From positions 5,495 to 29,494 of the forward strand of contig JAYVLG010000071.1 in NCBI GenBank assembly GCA_043759595.1: DNA of 24,000 nt. Reading direction: 5' to 3'. Each line of letters opens with the position of its first letter. Within the stretch, counting starts at the first letter, position 1. A program made the translations under genes and the position numbers. Below the pieces are notes generated by a model. That model had not been told where the DNA came from, made no database searches, and saw nothing but the letters and a program-made list of their open reading frames with translations. The DNA comes from Sulfurirhabdus sp. (lineage in GTDB: Bacteria; Pseudomonadota; Gammaproteobacteria; Burkholderiales; SMCO01). Positions 23,442-24,000 of the stretch are shown here, piece after piece.

Positions 23442-23469
23442 CTCTGCGTCTCCGCGCCTCTGCGGTTAA
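23442..23469 (-). repeat. family A repeat, copy A12
   Basis: ctctgcgtctccgcgcctctgcggttaa (rc has 1 mismatch to A5). Confidence 0.9.
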
Positions 23470-23481
23470 AAAGGCATTTCT

Positions 23482-24000
23482 CTAGACACCTTTGCGCGCA
23501 ACCATATCCACTAATGCTGACATGCCGTGATGCTTGGTGCCTTCAGCTATAAACTCTTCATGCTCCTGTAAATGCAGGATTTCCATATCGGCAAAATAAT
23601 CCTGCAACATTTTCGGCGTGTACAGATTTTCTACCTGGCCAGGACCACCGGTATTATATTCCAGCTGTTTCGGGGTGTAACCTTGCAATATCAGCAAGCC
23701 GCCCGGCTTGAGTGCTTGCTTGATATGCTCGAACATTTTGGTGCGCTCTTCCTGGGACACAAACTGGATGAAAATGGCCACAATCACATCAAATCGGGCT
23801 TTTCCCCAATCCCAGGTGAGCAAATTCGCTTCTTCAAACTGGATATTTACACCCTTTTCGGCTGCCAGTTTTTTGGCTTTGGCTTGCCCGATGGGCGAAA
23901 TATCCACTGAAAGCACGTTCAGACCTTGCTGAGCGAGCCAGACGCCATTTCTTCCTTCACCATCGGCTACGGCCAGCACTTGCTGGCCCGCTTTTAACAG
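23482..24000 (-). CDS. class I SAM-dependent methyltransferase (TehB-like size/motifs); N-terminus beyond window
   Basis: The reading frame stays open to the window edge (…LLKAGQQVLAVADGEGRNGVWLA is motif I). LKPGGLLIL is the post-I/II motif. Confidence 0.8.
   Translation of the reverse strand: MLKAGQQVLAVADGEGRNGVWLAQQGLNVLSVDISPIGQAKAKKLAAEKGVNIQFEEANLLTWDWGKARFDVIVAIFIQFVSQEERTKMFEHIKQALKPGGLLILQGYTPKQLEYNTGGPGQVENLYTPKMLQDYFADMEILHLQEHEEFIAEGTKHHGMSALVDMVARKGV

Overview
The gene content is that of a beta/gamma-proteobacterial core chromosome. It holds erpA (partial), a bactofilin gene, argC, rplM-rpsI, a DUF218/YdcF-like gene, an OsmC-family gene, coq7, a GlcF-like Fe-S protein and a porin. 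A minus-strand cluster rpe-gph-trpE-trpG-trpD-trpC follows, then apaG, two methyltransferases, mltA, a TonB-like gene and a dienelactone hydrolase. A roughly 3 kb accessory islet lies at 20.4-23.5 kb. The unusual part is the repeat layer, which comprises four families. (A) A 28-nt 'TTCACC head + three GCRGAGGC octamers' element occurs 12 times. (B) A GTAG-headed REP hairpin occurs 3 times next to a decayed RAYT transposase remnant. (C) A 39-nt CTCTCCC/GGGAGAG hairpin element occurs 7 times. (D) A 'CTCATCCGGAAAC' terminal inverted repeat encloses family C copies as nested MITE-like units. Each of the three intercistronic junctions of the trp cluster carries one or more of these elements. Two small PD-(D/E)XK-superfamily nuclease-fold genes sit between trp cistrons, each embedded in its own repeat family: a GxxExxY gene in family A and a DUF559 gene in family C. 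Neither has an SD of its own. The GxxExxY start overlaps the trpD stop (ATGA), and the DUF559 start lies 15 nt after the trpG stop. One family C copy is inserted in frame inside trpC. Head-proximal ends of family A supply the SD-like GGUGA for trpE, trpG and trpC. The islet holds an orphan AbiEii-like nucleotidyltransferase cassette with a double palindromic operator, bracketed by about 150-170 bp direct A+B modules. It also holds a secreted unknown protein and the RAYT remnant. A promoter-plus-terminator-defined sRNA candidate lies upstream of rplM. All coordinates come from manual reading, so repeat ends may be off by 1-2 nt. No database search was run.
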